Assembly: GCA_963798485.1 (NCBI GenBank)
Contig: CAWCTR010000004.1
Coordinates: 32,001-96,000 of the forward strand
Length of the DNA: 64,000 nt
DNA from: an uncultured delta proteobacterium
GTDB taxonomy: Bacteria > Desulfobacterota > Desulfomonilia > UBA1062
Direction of reading: 5' to 3'
Positions within the stretch are counted from its first letter, which is position 1, and each line of letters starts with the position of its first letter. Both the position numbers and the translations under genes were made by a program. The notes under the pieces are model-generated. The model was not told the origin of the DNA. It searched no databases and worked only from the letters and a program-made list of their open reading frames with translations. Positions 40,201 through 45,151 of the stretch are shown here, in pieces.

Positions 40201-42599
40201 TGAGCGGGATAACGGTGGGCGGAGCTGACGCCGGGAACTACACCTACAACACGACCACGAGCACCACGGCGGACATAACGGCAGCGACACTGACGATCAC
40301 GGCCGCGGGGAACAACAAGGTATATGACGGGCTGACGGGAGCCACGGTAGTGTACGGAGACAACCGGATAGCGGGAGACACGCTGACGATCGGCGGGACG
40401 GCGGCATTCCTTGACAAGAACGTGGGTACGGGCAAGACCGTGAACGTGAGCGGGATAACGGTGGGCGGAGCTGACGCCGGGAACTACACCTACAACACGA
40501 CCACGAGCACCACGGCGGACATAACGGCAGCGACGCTGACCGTCACGGCCGCGGGGAACAACAAGGTATATGACGGGCTGACGGGAGCCACGGTAGTGTA
40601 CGGAGACAACCGGATAGCGGGAGACACGCTGACGATCGGCGGGACGGCGGCATTCCTTGACAAGAACGTGGGCACGGGCAAGACCGTGAACGTGAGCGGG
40701 ATAACGGTGGGCGGAGCTGACGCCGGGAACTACACCTACAACACGACCACGAGCACCACGGCGGACATAACGGCAGCGACGCTGACCGTCACGGCCACGG
40801 GGAACAACAAGGTATATAACGGGCTGACGGGAGCCACGGTGACGCTGGGAGACAACCGGGTATCGGGAGACACGCTGAGTCTGAGCTATGGGACTGCTGA
40901 CTTCGTGAACAAGAACGTGGGTACGGGCAAGACCGTGAACGTGAGCGGGATAACGGTGGGCGGAGCTGACGCCGGGAACTACACCTACAACACGACCACG
41001 AGCACCACGGCGGACATAACGGCAGCGACGCTGACCGTCACGGCCGCGGGGAACAACAAGGTATATGACGGGCTGACGGGAGCCACGGTAGTGTACGGAG
41101 ACAACCGGATAGCGGGAGACACGCTGACGATCGGCGGGACGGCGGCATTCCTTGACAAGAACGTGGGTACGGGCAAGACCGTGAACGTGAGCGGGATAAC
41201 GGTGGGCGGAGCTGACGCCGGGAACTACACCTACAATACGACCACGAGCACCACTGCGAACATTACAACTGCGACAATCACGATTTCGAACGCCAGCGGA
41301 TTGGATAAGGTTTATGACGGGACAACTGCGCTTCCATCAGGATCCCCCGGTTTCTCTTACAGCGGGATCATAAGCGGAGACACCGTGGTGTTCAGCGCAT
41401 CAGGGGCAGCCTATGGCAGCAAGGATGTCGGCTCCTACACGCTCACTATTACCGGCATCTCCCTGGGCGGAGCAGACGCAGGCAACTACACCCTCTCTTC
41501 AACCAGTGCCACCAGTCATGGCTCGATCAGTGCTCGTCCCGTAACTGTCACTCCGACTGTGGGCCAGGGAAAGGTATATGGAAATGCCGACCCGGTATTA
41601 ACCTATACGACATCCAGTCTCGTCGCCGGCGATTCGATATCAATAAGCTTGACGAGGCAATCCGGTGAGAACGCAGGGAATTATGCAATAACGTTAGGTG
41701 CTGCCGGCAACAGCAATTATACTGTAACAGTTGGGAACGGAACGTTTACCATCACACCTGCCATACTGACCTATACCGCCAACTCCGCAAACCGAATCTA
41801 TGGGGCAGTAAACCCGACCCTGAGCGGAACGGTGACCGGGTTCAAAAGCGGAGACACCCTTGCATCGGCCACAACCGGTACACTTGTGTTTACCAGTGGC
41901 GCAACAGCAACAAGCAATGTCGGGAGCTACAGCATCAATGGCGGCGGGCTCACTGCCAACCATGGCAACTATACCTTTGTGCAGGCTAATGGTAATGCAC
42001 AGGCCCTCACTATTACCTCGGCACCATTGACGATCACGGCAGATAACAAGTCACGTGGTTATGGCCAAGAAAATCCTTCCCTTACTTACGCAGCCCAAGG
42101 CTTTGTATTGGGACAGGATGTCTCTGTGATCAACGGATTCACAATAACCACCACGGCAACAGAAACAACCAATCCAGGCAAATACCCGATTACCATGTCG
42201 GGGTCGTCTTCGAACTATGCGATCACGTTTGTGGACGGCACCTTGACAATAACATTGCCATCCATTGTAATCGGAGGTACAACCTATCAGGTCATTGCCC
42301 TTAATGGAACGCCCGTGCTTTCATCGAGTTACGCGGTCGTTGAAAATAATAACCATCTCTCCCTTGTTGATCTCAACGGAGGGCCGAATCAAGAATCCGT
42401 TGAACAGCAGGTCAGCAGGGATTTGGGGCAGGAGACCAGGCATGATACGAACATCATGGCGGGTGCTATCGTGATATCCTACGACAAGTCGGTGAAAGGC
42501 GTCATCGTATCTGGTATAATGGGGTATGAATCAAGCTATGATGTCCTGGGGACAACATCTTATGAAGAGCGTAAGCCAAAGATATTCGGGGGCCAGTAA
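22242..42599 (+). CDS. Giant TpsA filamentous-haemagglutinin-like adhesin (6785 aa) with YDG and MBG-like C-terminal repeats
   Basis: Signal peptide (..SVMA/NPSG), TPS domain (IINWQNFSI, LNRV, VYLINQNG), GGFVETSG, long T/G/N/S-rich beta-helical repeats, KVY(D/N)G repeats and GKVYGNADP/NKSRGYGQENP MBG-like units; directly upstream of TpsB. Confidence 0.93.
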   Translation: MRNTLANMGQIDSLPKISRIVAYVSALLIFIMFAPLSVMANPSGEQVVAGSASFGRTGNTLTVTQGSERAIINWQNFSIPGGQTTNFVQPGIASAILNRVVSNNPSEIYGTLNANGKVYLINQNGILVGPGGVINTESFIGSTLDVDNNRFMAGGDLSFLGDSAAGIKVLGNIKAIGGDIFLIARDVENSGRISAQGGTVGLGAGSEVLLTASGDERIFIQSGSDTGTLDNSGLIEAAGAELKSAGGNEYALAINNTGVIHATGTETRGGHVWLVADKGTVLSSGEITAHKGDDGGEVGILGEHVGLTGEALVDVSGATNGGTALIGGDLHGENPAVENAQETFVGSNAVIKADAGVMGNGGKVIVWSDDTTRFQGGISAKGGSLSGNGGFVETSGKELLSFSGMVNAGAKDGTEGTLLLDPNNITVDAAGAALISDVAAFTTNPSSDATIAPSTITAVTNTGTAVVLQANNDITVNSSIISNNPAGNGGDLTFQAGRSITLNANINSDNGNVIFKLNDETAQSADRDAGAATFVNNSLVDAGSGNVSITMGTQSTSGSINTGQITANNLTITHNGPTAGADTGQIDLGEVEINTNLNVTANADRNVVNSIGAVTVRGEAAFDVGAGDVTINRTTTDFNILALTHAGNVNIYDANAMRFGTSNISGTLTAVTNGPLASVGALTVGGLATFTANNGGFGYADPYINLSYSNNFQGGIALSVASTGQTGTGGYATINNINAIALGNVTLGGYLQLTAGGNVTQQTGTTITVNGSTSITAGNGTTNYDVTLDGTNNDFGANNTGLYYDYNMLSITNGNNVTIVDKNRLEFGTSTISGNLSVTAGGDIYQYYYPYYDEAPITVGGTATFTVTAANSNLLLGPTQSSYNQGYTGATNSFGGTVTMATSGAGSYSDVQIRNTNANAAVISGLGSGLNNVLFYFDNAAAINLPAMTLNGNLIVDVPNGGITQSGAIVVNNSAGGYGYSTFRANAASDINLSDAGNNFYCVTVRNGRDVTLVDQDAIELYGNSYVFNVQRNLNVTAGGNITDGSTYNYYYYLNVPSGTTTLSAGSGNNITLSNPYDRFNIVAIPAANNVTITPYSNLTLGNCTINGALSLTSSTGGNTLNQSSGTAVTVGSGTTTTFNNFSTVNLPESGNVFGNIATNSSTITIRENDPITQASAWSAGGAVSLTTSNDQAITLDQANYLGNLTITQINSGAGSAGAVYVNETADGNGITQGGAWTVHGTTTLNSGSYSINLNNANNVFGPLQVLGGTGASQSVTIYAKDTATTNAITDVGGTGAWNTGTGTVKLIAYDTTGTTAGGGTINLTNTGNVLGDLYIKAANATITENDSITDGPSAVWDSNSDTGWITTGNTILIVANPTGKSITLDNLSNQLGPVGLGVAGAAGTLNSVMITDNSNLTQASAWTVGAAPVTVDARNHAIDLSTSGNVMGDININTANGVPTSVSIRENDPITQGSAWGLLGVPITLYAENGNSITLTQAANQMGNLTVTGGTVSITENDNITQGGAWTTTGTTTLDPTEHAITLTNTGNVLGPLAIGSSATSVNITENDNITQASAWSLPTTPITLNSQTHDILLTQASNQLGDLTLTGQNVSVTENHTISDGSAWTVPGLTTLTAGTNAVVLDANPASDFGTMKIVSASGADITDANGIIFDTSNVTGTLTVTAAGAITQTGPITADSLRLIGTGYATLTNVNNDVANIAAGFSGGDLAYTDSNDFAVATIGGTSGVNIGAHNVTLTSVGGTVTGLTSVNASSSSLTVHTGTALTLPQMTIAGAQTYTADAGGIDLTAGILSTASGPITFNSPLTLDADLTIQSSNSPITFNSTVAGATHQLIVNAGSSGTVDFQQAVSDLGITSSASTALQLTSGGATFHSTLAANNGLSITGPVVFMDDVTLADGNAGSVFADHVTLGKLGGMSLSGYDGMTFNNGVLLQSGPATINTNDSPLTFQTAGTIHGPYALTLNSGTQTITGLSRLGTDLTSLNVTANTPTIPSGGISIAGPQSYTATSGTSIVLSGNVSSSASGAIIFNSPVALNTDSTVSSTDSAITFSGIVDGTVYGSRDLTVSSGAGLKNFAGKVGSLFAVGDGTGASIILQGSGLTTFSDTVATRSGITAAGPVTFQNDVTMANGDTGSTFNGMVTLGDPTISGYDGLTFNAGLTLTDEPVTVISHGSTISFGGPVTGAQALTLNSLEGGSGTVTGLDHIGTDLTGLTITGQTLSLPAVGLAISGPMDFTAPGGITLNGAVGSTSGPATGTIDFKSPVTLATGAISVSSADAAITFEGTITGAENLTVNAGTAAKDFKGNLSNIGTGTGAAITLSGSGTATFEDTVGANSGMTVQDGGNVIFQNNVTLGNGDTGSDFGTGTLTIGRSSGTTTLSGYDGLTFGGPVVLTNGPVSIVSNSSPIGFNGTVDGAQNLTVNSGTSTTIFDEAVGGTTPIGTGIGVSLTLASSGLTTVGSTLATASGMSAAGPVVFNDDVTLGDGNTASTFSGAVTMGKAGGMTVSGYDGITFGGAVTLAGGQTTVDSNSSALTFNATIQGGEPLVANAGSASLQFNAEIGGSGNPLASLVATGNTIVANKVTTTGTQSYTATGGLTLEDNLTSGNSDITITGPTTLGGDVTISTGPGAGNIDFSGVTSTIDGAHNLVLSAGTGDVILDGVVGGITPLTSITISGNNLRLPLISAATQTYSALNDLTLSQSRTSSGPMTFRADSDNDGNGSFILLNGVALSSSNQPITITAADLDLQGNSSISSGSGLITITATNDRNIYLGGTDAPGQLTITGSELSRIDTSGGLDLKTTGIGWIKASGIAPTDSQNITGVLGFKAQGSGDVSFTVSPSTFNAVTAQSGSGTINIDTDLTTTDDPITFATKGAVTSAATVNSGGGAIAFENTLEVDNPLTLTTGGGALSFGGSVNGASTLAINLGSGSVTGLDQLQSALTGLTLSNTGSVTLPAITINGPQVYNGPVSIHGNLTGTSLTFNNPAQITQNNLVLNSGTGTIAFNDTLNANANNLTLTGDEINFGAAVSGTGNLILQPFTTDLNVIVGGSASTADLDLTAADLGWLPSTLAGLTIGRSGGTGTVAIAGDTDFGTMPLTLNGNGGISQTGTLRAGTLTLRTAGNSITLSNTGNNLGAITILGTPTSVTIADSTDITQGSAWVLGAAPVTLNAGSHDITLLQPGNTFGSLMLTGHDAQVYEFSDTDLGTSTISHDLTVVSTGAISTSGTLTVTGAGYFETLNDPGKNITIANSSTFGSISALSLGSANAGGAISLAPGSSTVVEALFTTGNITLTVANGATISQDGTSTLSAAGLELLGAGTFDLTAGTNAITTLAGSAGTVSFADNSGFAIGTVNTVGMTTSGNLTLSTTGTVTQGQAITASGLELLGTGGTFTLTNTGNAITTLAGNTGTVSFLENSGFAIGTVNTVGMTTSGNLTLSTTGTVTQGQAITASGLELLGTGGTFTLTDTGNAITTLAGNSGTVSFADNSGFAIGTVNTVGMTTSGNLTLSTTGTVTQGQVITASGLELLGTGGTFTLTNTGNAITTLAGNTGTVSVADNSGFAIGTVNTVGMTTSGNLTLSTTGTVTQSQAISASGLELLGVGGTFTLTDTNNAITTLAGNTGTVRFLENSGFAIGTVNTVGMTTSGNLTLSTTGTVTQGQAITASGLELLGTGGTFTLTDTGNAITTLAGNSGTVSFADNSGFAIGTVNTVGMTTSGNLTLSTTGTVTQGQAITASGLELLGTGGTFTLTDTGNAITTLAGNSGTVSFADNSGFAIGTVNTVGMTTSGNLTLSTTGTVTQGQAITASGLELLGVGGTFTLTDTNNAITTLAGNTGTVSFLENSGFAIGTVNTVGMTTSGNLTLSTTGTVTQGQAITASGLELLGTGGTFTLTNTGNAITTLAGNTGTVSYRNSGALQIGTVNTAGFSTTGDLSLTAGGTISQAVDAPLIIGGNLSLTTTHNAGDVTINNTGASATVIGNTLVGGDYTLTATGDAISQASGTSAKVAGTFSPTGSSVSMGNTGNIFGAYSGTSGSGTDQSIIQAGVIHLDTMNVTGNLTVISEASSESFNGSTIHGDAINLNNASNSIGGSITVTTVAPAITTGADQQTGIDQKAGTTLTIAGEANFTASPSSVAGSGVIDLTNTGNSFGSLKVNGTSIDVKTTGPVSIGEVQAGTHFILDAGGAVTQTGVITTPLLGITSSGAVTLNGTNYCDTIAIIANGNIAFTNASGFAIGTVGGISGINSNGNNLTLVTGGSGDITQSAALQNVNALSVSAGGAVVLDGSNTITSIGAVTAGSGINIIDTAGGLTATGIVQATTGDITIRTTGDLTLNSGCSITATDGNIVLSAEGTGGHFINNAGADVLTAGTGSRWLVYIDSMTGNTFGNLDSANTAVWNATYGTYAPGSVTQTGDRYLFNYQPTATLTGNTQHKTYGDTVDLTNAYSVSGLEPGVANAYLADTAATAYSGVPSLTSAGAAATANVSGSPYDIVLSNAPTGINGYAVVLANGSLIIDKRTLTVTATGNNKVYNGLTGATVTLGDNRVSGDTLSLSYGTADFVNKNVGTGKTVNVSGITVGGADAGNYTYNTTTSTTADITAATLTVTATGNNKVYNGLTGATVVYGDNRIAGDTLTIGGTAAFLDKNVGTGKTVNVSGITVGGADAGNYTYNTTTSTTADITAATLTVTATGNNKVYNGLTGATVVYGDNRIAGDTLTIGGTAAFLDKNVGTGKTVNVSGITVGGADAGNYTYNTTTSTTADITAATLTVTATGNNKVYNGLTGATVTLGDNRVSGDTLSLSYGTADFVNKNVGTGKTVNVSGITVGGADAGNYTYNTTTSTTADITAATLTVTAAGNNKVYDGLTGATVVYGDNRIAGDTLTIGGTAAFLDKNVGTGKTVNVSGITVGGADAGNYTYNTTTSTTADITAATLTVTATGNNKVYNGLTGATVTLGDNRVSGDTLSLSYGTADFVNKNVGTGKTVNVSGITVGGADAGNYTYNTTTSTTADITAATLTVTATGNNKVYNGLTGATVVYGDNRIAGDTLTIGGTAAFLDKNVGTGKTVNVSGITVGGADAGNYTYNTTTSTTADITAATLTVTAAGNNKVYNGLTGATVVYGDNRIAGDTLTIGGTAAFLDKNVGTGKTVNVSGITVGGADAGNYTYNTTTSTTADITAATLTVTATGNNKVYNGLTGATVTLGDNRVSGDTLSLSYGTADFVNKNVGTGKTVNVSGITVGGADAGNYTYNTTTSTTADITAATLTITAAGNNKVYDGLTGATVVYGDNRIAGDTLTIGGTAAFLDKNVGTGKTVNVSGITVGGADAGNYTYNTTTSTTADITAATLTVTAAGNNKVYDGLTGATVVYGDNRIAGDTLTIGGTAAFLDKNVGTGKTVNVSGITVGGADAGNYTYNTTTSTTADITAATLTVTATGNNKVYNGLTGATVTLGDNRVSGDTLSLSYGTADFVNKNVGTGKTVNVSGITVGGADAGNYTYNTTTSTTADITAATLTITAAGNNKVYDGLTGATVVYGDNRIAGDTLTIGGTAAFLDKNVGTGKTVNVSGITVGGADAGNYTYNTTTSTTADITAATLTVTAAGNNKVYDGLTGATVVYGDNRIAGDTLTIGGTAAFLDKNVGTGKTVNVSGITVGGADAGNYTYNTTTSTTADITAATLTVTATGNNKVYNGLTGATVTLGDNRVSGDTLSLSYGTADFVNKNVGMGKTVNVSGITVGGADAGNYTYNTTTSTTADITAATLTITAAGNNKVYDGLTGATVVYGDNRIAGDTLTIGGTAAFLDKNVGTGKTVNVSGITVGGADAGNYTYNTTTSTTADITAATLTVTAAGNNKVYDGLTGATVVYGDNRIAGDTLTIGGTAAFLDKNVGTGKTVNVSGITVGGADAGNYTYNTTTSTTADITAATLTVTATGNNKVYNGLTGATVTLGDNRVSGDTLSLSYGTADFVNKNVGTGKTVNVSGITVGGADAGNYTYNTTTSTTADITAATLTITAAGNNKVYDGLTGATVVYGDNRIAGDTLTIGGTAAFLDKNVGTGKTVNVSGITVGGADAGNYTYNTTTSTTADITAATLTVTAAGNNKVYDGLTGATVVYGDNRIAGDTLTIGGTAAFLDKNVGTGKTVNVSGITVGGADAGNYTYNTTTSTTADITAATLTVTATGNNKVYNGLTGATVTLGDNRVSGDTLSLSYGTADFVNKNVGTGKTVNVSGITVGGADAGNYTYNTTTSTTADITAATLTVTAAGNNKVYDGLTGATVVYGDNRIAGDTLTIGGTAAFLDKNVGTGKTVNVSGITVGGADAGNYTYNTTTSTTANITTATITISNASGLDKVYDGTTALPSGSPGFSYSGIISGDTVVFSASGAAYGSKDVGSYTLTITGISLGGADAGNYTLSSTSATSHGSISARPVTVTPTVGQGKVYGNADPVLTYTTSSLVAGDSISISLTRQSGENAGNYAITLGAAGNSNYTVTVGNGTFTITPAILTYTANSANRIYGAVNPTLSGTVTGFKSGDTLASATTGTLVFTSGATATSNVGSYSINGGGLTANHGNYTFVQANGNAQALTITSAPLTITADNKSRGYGQENPSLTYAAQGFVLGQDVSVINGFTITTTATETTNPGKYPITMSGSSSNYAITFVDGTLTITLPSIVIGGTTYQVIALNGTPVLSSSYAVVENNNHLSLVDLNGGPNQESVEQQVSRDLGQETRHDTNIMAGAIVISYDKSVKGVIVSGIMGYESSYDVLGTTSYEERKPKIFGGQ
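32275..34020 (+). repeat. In-frame tandem array, 8 x 213 bp (71 aa)
   Basis: GGGACGGTGAACACGGTAGGG recurs at 32343, 32556 ... 33834 (period 213). Unit NAITTLAGNTGTVSF..NSGFAIGTVNTVGMTTSGNLTLSTTGTVTQGQAITASGLELLG. Confidence 0.95.
35836..41271 (+). repeat. In-frame tandem array of 22 YDG-domain units of two types (A 249 bp x8, B 246 bp x14)
   Basis: A contains VTLGDNRVSGDTLSLSYGTADFVN; B contains VVYGDNRIAGDTLTIGGTAAFLD. Spacing of the antisense ORFs (246 vs 495 bp) gives the order ABB AB ABB ABB ABB ABB ABB AB. Confidence 0.95.
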
Positions 42600-42608
42600 A
42601 CGGTACCT

Positions 42609-44378
42609 ATGTTATTTGAGGAGATACCTTCCATGATGAAACGTATCGGTAGAGCGTTGATGAGATATACGAACATTATCATGATCCCGGTGGTTGCCGG
42701 TATGTTTATTGCCGGTTCAACCTTTGCACAGGATCTGGAGCGTCTCACGCCAAAAGAGATGCCCAGCGGTGAAAAGAAGCCGGAAGCCTTGCCGCAAACC
42801 CCTGCCCCGGAAGTATCCCGCGACAAGGGAGAGGAAGTGCTTCTGAAGAATCTTCTTGGTCTCGTTTTCGTGAGCAGCCCTGATAAGGTAATTCCAAAAG
42901 GTCTTACCCAGCAAGGGATCGTGGTTGATGGTTATCACGAGCAAGAATTCTTTCAACAAATGAACATGTATCTTGGTAAGCCCCTTACCATGAACGGATT
43001 GAATGAAATCCTGAAAAAGGTCGTGTTGTACTTCAGGGCCACTGACCGTCCTGTCGTTGATGTATATGCCCCGGAACAGGATATATCCGGCGGAACCGTC
43101 CAGATCGTTGTGTTGGAAGGCAGATTGGGTAAGGTGAAGACCGAGGGCAACAGATGGTTCAGTGATCATTTGTTTACGGATAGGATACGGGTGAAGCCGG
43201 GAGAAGTGGTCTATGGAAAGAACCTCCTAGAGGATCTCGACTGGATCAACAACAATCCGTTCCGGCAGACTGATCTTGTTTTTACCCGAGGGAGCAAGCC
43301 GGGAGAAACCGACATCATCCTGAGGACACAGGACAGTTTTCCGGTTAGGGTCTTTACCGGCTATGAAGACAGCGGTACTGAACTTACCGGGAAAGAACGC
43401 CTGCTGGCGGGGTTCAACTGGGGGAATGTATTTGGCGCTGACCACCAATTGAACTATCAGTTTACCTGTAATTCGGATATCAATAAGTTTAGTGCCCACT
43501 CGGTGAGTTATCAGGCACCGCTGCCCTGGCGCCATACCTTGACCATATTCGGATCCTTTGATGAGAGCAAGCCGGATATCGAGGGTTTTAATTCGAAGGG
43601 GGAAAGCACCGAATTGTTAGGAAGATACAGCATACCTTTGCAAGCCATCGGGGGCTACACCCACAATACTCAGGTGTCCGTCGACTTCAAATCAACCGAC
43701 AACAGCCTGGATTTCTCGAACATACCCGTATTCGATAAAAAGACCCAGGTGTTTCAGTTCATCCTCGGGTACAACGGGATGCTCCCTGATGCAAGGGGAT
43801 CGACGTCGTTCACGGGCAACCTTTTTTACAGTCCCGGCAATCTCACATCTTACAATAAGGACGCCTACTTCAATGATCTCACCTCGGGGGCAAAGGCAAA
43901 ATATACCTATGTACAGATCAATGCAGAAAGACTGACGAAGCTGCCGGCCGATTTCACTTGGGACCTCAAGGCCAATGTCCAATTCGCATCAGGAATCCTC
44001 CTGGGAACTGAGAAAATGGGATTCGGGGGATATAACACGGTACGTGGATATGACGAGCGCGTGGTCAATGGTGACGGCGGTTATCTGTTGGTGAATGAGT
44101 TACGAACCCCGGTAATTCAACTGAACCGCATTGCCAATTCGCAACATCAGTTCGGTACCCTGCAGCTACTCGCATTTTATGACCTTGGGTATGCAACCAA
44201 TCACGACACAGAGGATAATACGGCGCTCTCCAGTGTAGGCCTCGGTCTCCGTTACGTTTTCAGCACCAATATTTCCGCGCGGTTTGATTATGGCTGGCAA
44301 CTCAAGGATCTAGGAGATCTAGGGAATGGCTATACGAATGGTTCCAGGGCGCATGTAGGAGTGGTTGCCGCTTTTTAG
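42609..44378 (+). CDS. TpsB outer-membrane transporter (ShlB/FhaC/HecB family)
   Basis: POTRA region (PEQDISGGTVQIVVLEGRLG), GGYNTVRGYDE (VRGY), NELR, FYDLG, C-terminal Phe. The true start may be a downstream Met. Confidence 0.93.
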   Translation: MLFEEIPSMMKRIGRALMRYTNIIMIPVVAGMFIAGSTFAQDLERLTPKEMPSGEKKPEALPQTPAPEVSRDKGEEVLLKNLLGLVFVSSPDKVIPKGLTQQGIVVDGYHEQEFFQQMNMYLGKPLTMNGLNEILKKVVLYFRATDRPVVDVYAPEQDISGGTVQIVVLEGRLGKVKTEGNRWFSDHLFTDRIRVKPGEVVYGKNLLEDLDWINNNPFRQTDLVFTRGSKPGETDIILRTQDSFPVRVFTGYEDSGTELTGKERLLAGFNWGNVFGADHQLNYQFTCNSDINKFSAHSVSYQAPLPWRHTLTIFGSFDESKPDIEGFNSKGESTELLGRYSIPLQAIGGYTHNTQVSVDFKSTDNSLDFSNIPVFDKKTQVFQFILGYNGMLPDARGSTSFTGNLFYSPGNLTSYNKDAYFNDLTSGAKAKYTYVQINAERLTKLPADFTWDLKANVQFASGILLGTEKMGFGGYNTVRGYDERVVNGDGGYLLVNELRTPVIQLNRIANSQHQFGTLQLLAFYDLGYATNHDTEDNTALSSVGLGLRYVFSTNISARFDYGWQLKDLGDLGNGYTNGSRAHVGVVAAF

Positions 44379-44678
44379 AGATTGCCGGACGGATCATACG
44401 GACGAAAGTCGTCTCTTCTCCTTGCGGGTGTTTCATCCCGAATTGAAACAGCTCTTTCGTAAGGAACACTCATAACCATTGATGGGATATTCCAACTTCA
44501 AAGGGTTATGCAATTACCTCTAAAATAAATTACTTGACTCAGCAATTATTGTGCACTACGGATAGTTAACATCTGAAAAGAATATATCCGACTTGAGTTT
44601 TGACCTGCGAAGAACACCTTCTGTACGGCTCCCCCAAGTCAACATTTCATCGTCGATATCTTCAGATTTGAGGTATGC

Positions 44679-44870
44679 ATGGCTAACAGATCAACGAACA
44701 CCTTTAAAAAGAAGGAACGCGAAGAGGCAAAGAGGCGCAAGAGGATTGCCAAGGAGGCCAAGAAGGTCGAACGCAAAGACCTTAAGGAAAACAAGGACCC
44801 TCTGTTAAATGATGAAGATCCGGATCTCGCGGGCATCGTTCCTGGTCCGCAACCGCGGACAGAAGAATAA
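44679..44870 (+). CDS. Small basic hypothetical protein (63 aa)
   Basis: GAGG RBS; K/R/E-rich helix followed by DEDPDLAGIVPGPQP. Confidence 0.7.
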   Translation: MANRSTNTFKKKEREEAKRRKRIAKEAKKVERKDLKENKDPLLNDEDPDLAGIVPGPQPRTEE

Positions 44871-45151
44871 GGAGCATAGCCCTTAAGTCGTAGTTGTATT
44901 CCCTGCTTGGAAACCTGACCTTGCGGGGCATGTTTTCCTTGACCAATAACTGCCCCTTCTCCGAGGCAGAGAAGTTTTCAACGCTTATCCATAAACAACC
45001 AACGGAATCAATTTCATCTCAAAGGCTTGAAAAATCTTTGTGCACTCATATCTGTTTTGTTGACTAAAAATTATTTCAGGTATAAATTGAATTTTGATTC
45101 AGCTTTCACTTGTTCAGGTAAACAACAAACACAAAACATGAGGAGGGTATA

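Noticed and set aside
32275-41271. Tandem arrays as a CRISPR array or non-coding satellite
   Set aside because: Units are 213/246/249 bp, in frame, lack unique spacers and lie within one ORF; no cas genes are present.
22307-41963. Many long antisense ORFs (e.g. 31994..34006 and the repeated 63-aa ORFs)
   Set aside because: These are shadows of the biased, repetitive tpsA codons; they have no RBS or recognisable motifs.
41900-42608. CdiA-type toxin/immunity module
   Set aside because: No VENN or pre-toxin motif, no toxin-like C-terminal domain, and no small immunity ORF; tpsB follows immediately.
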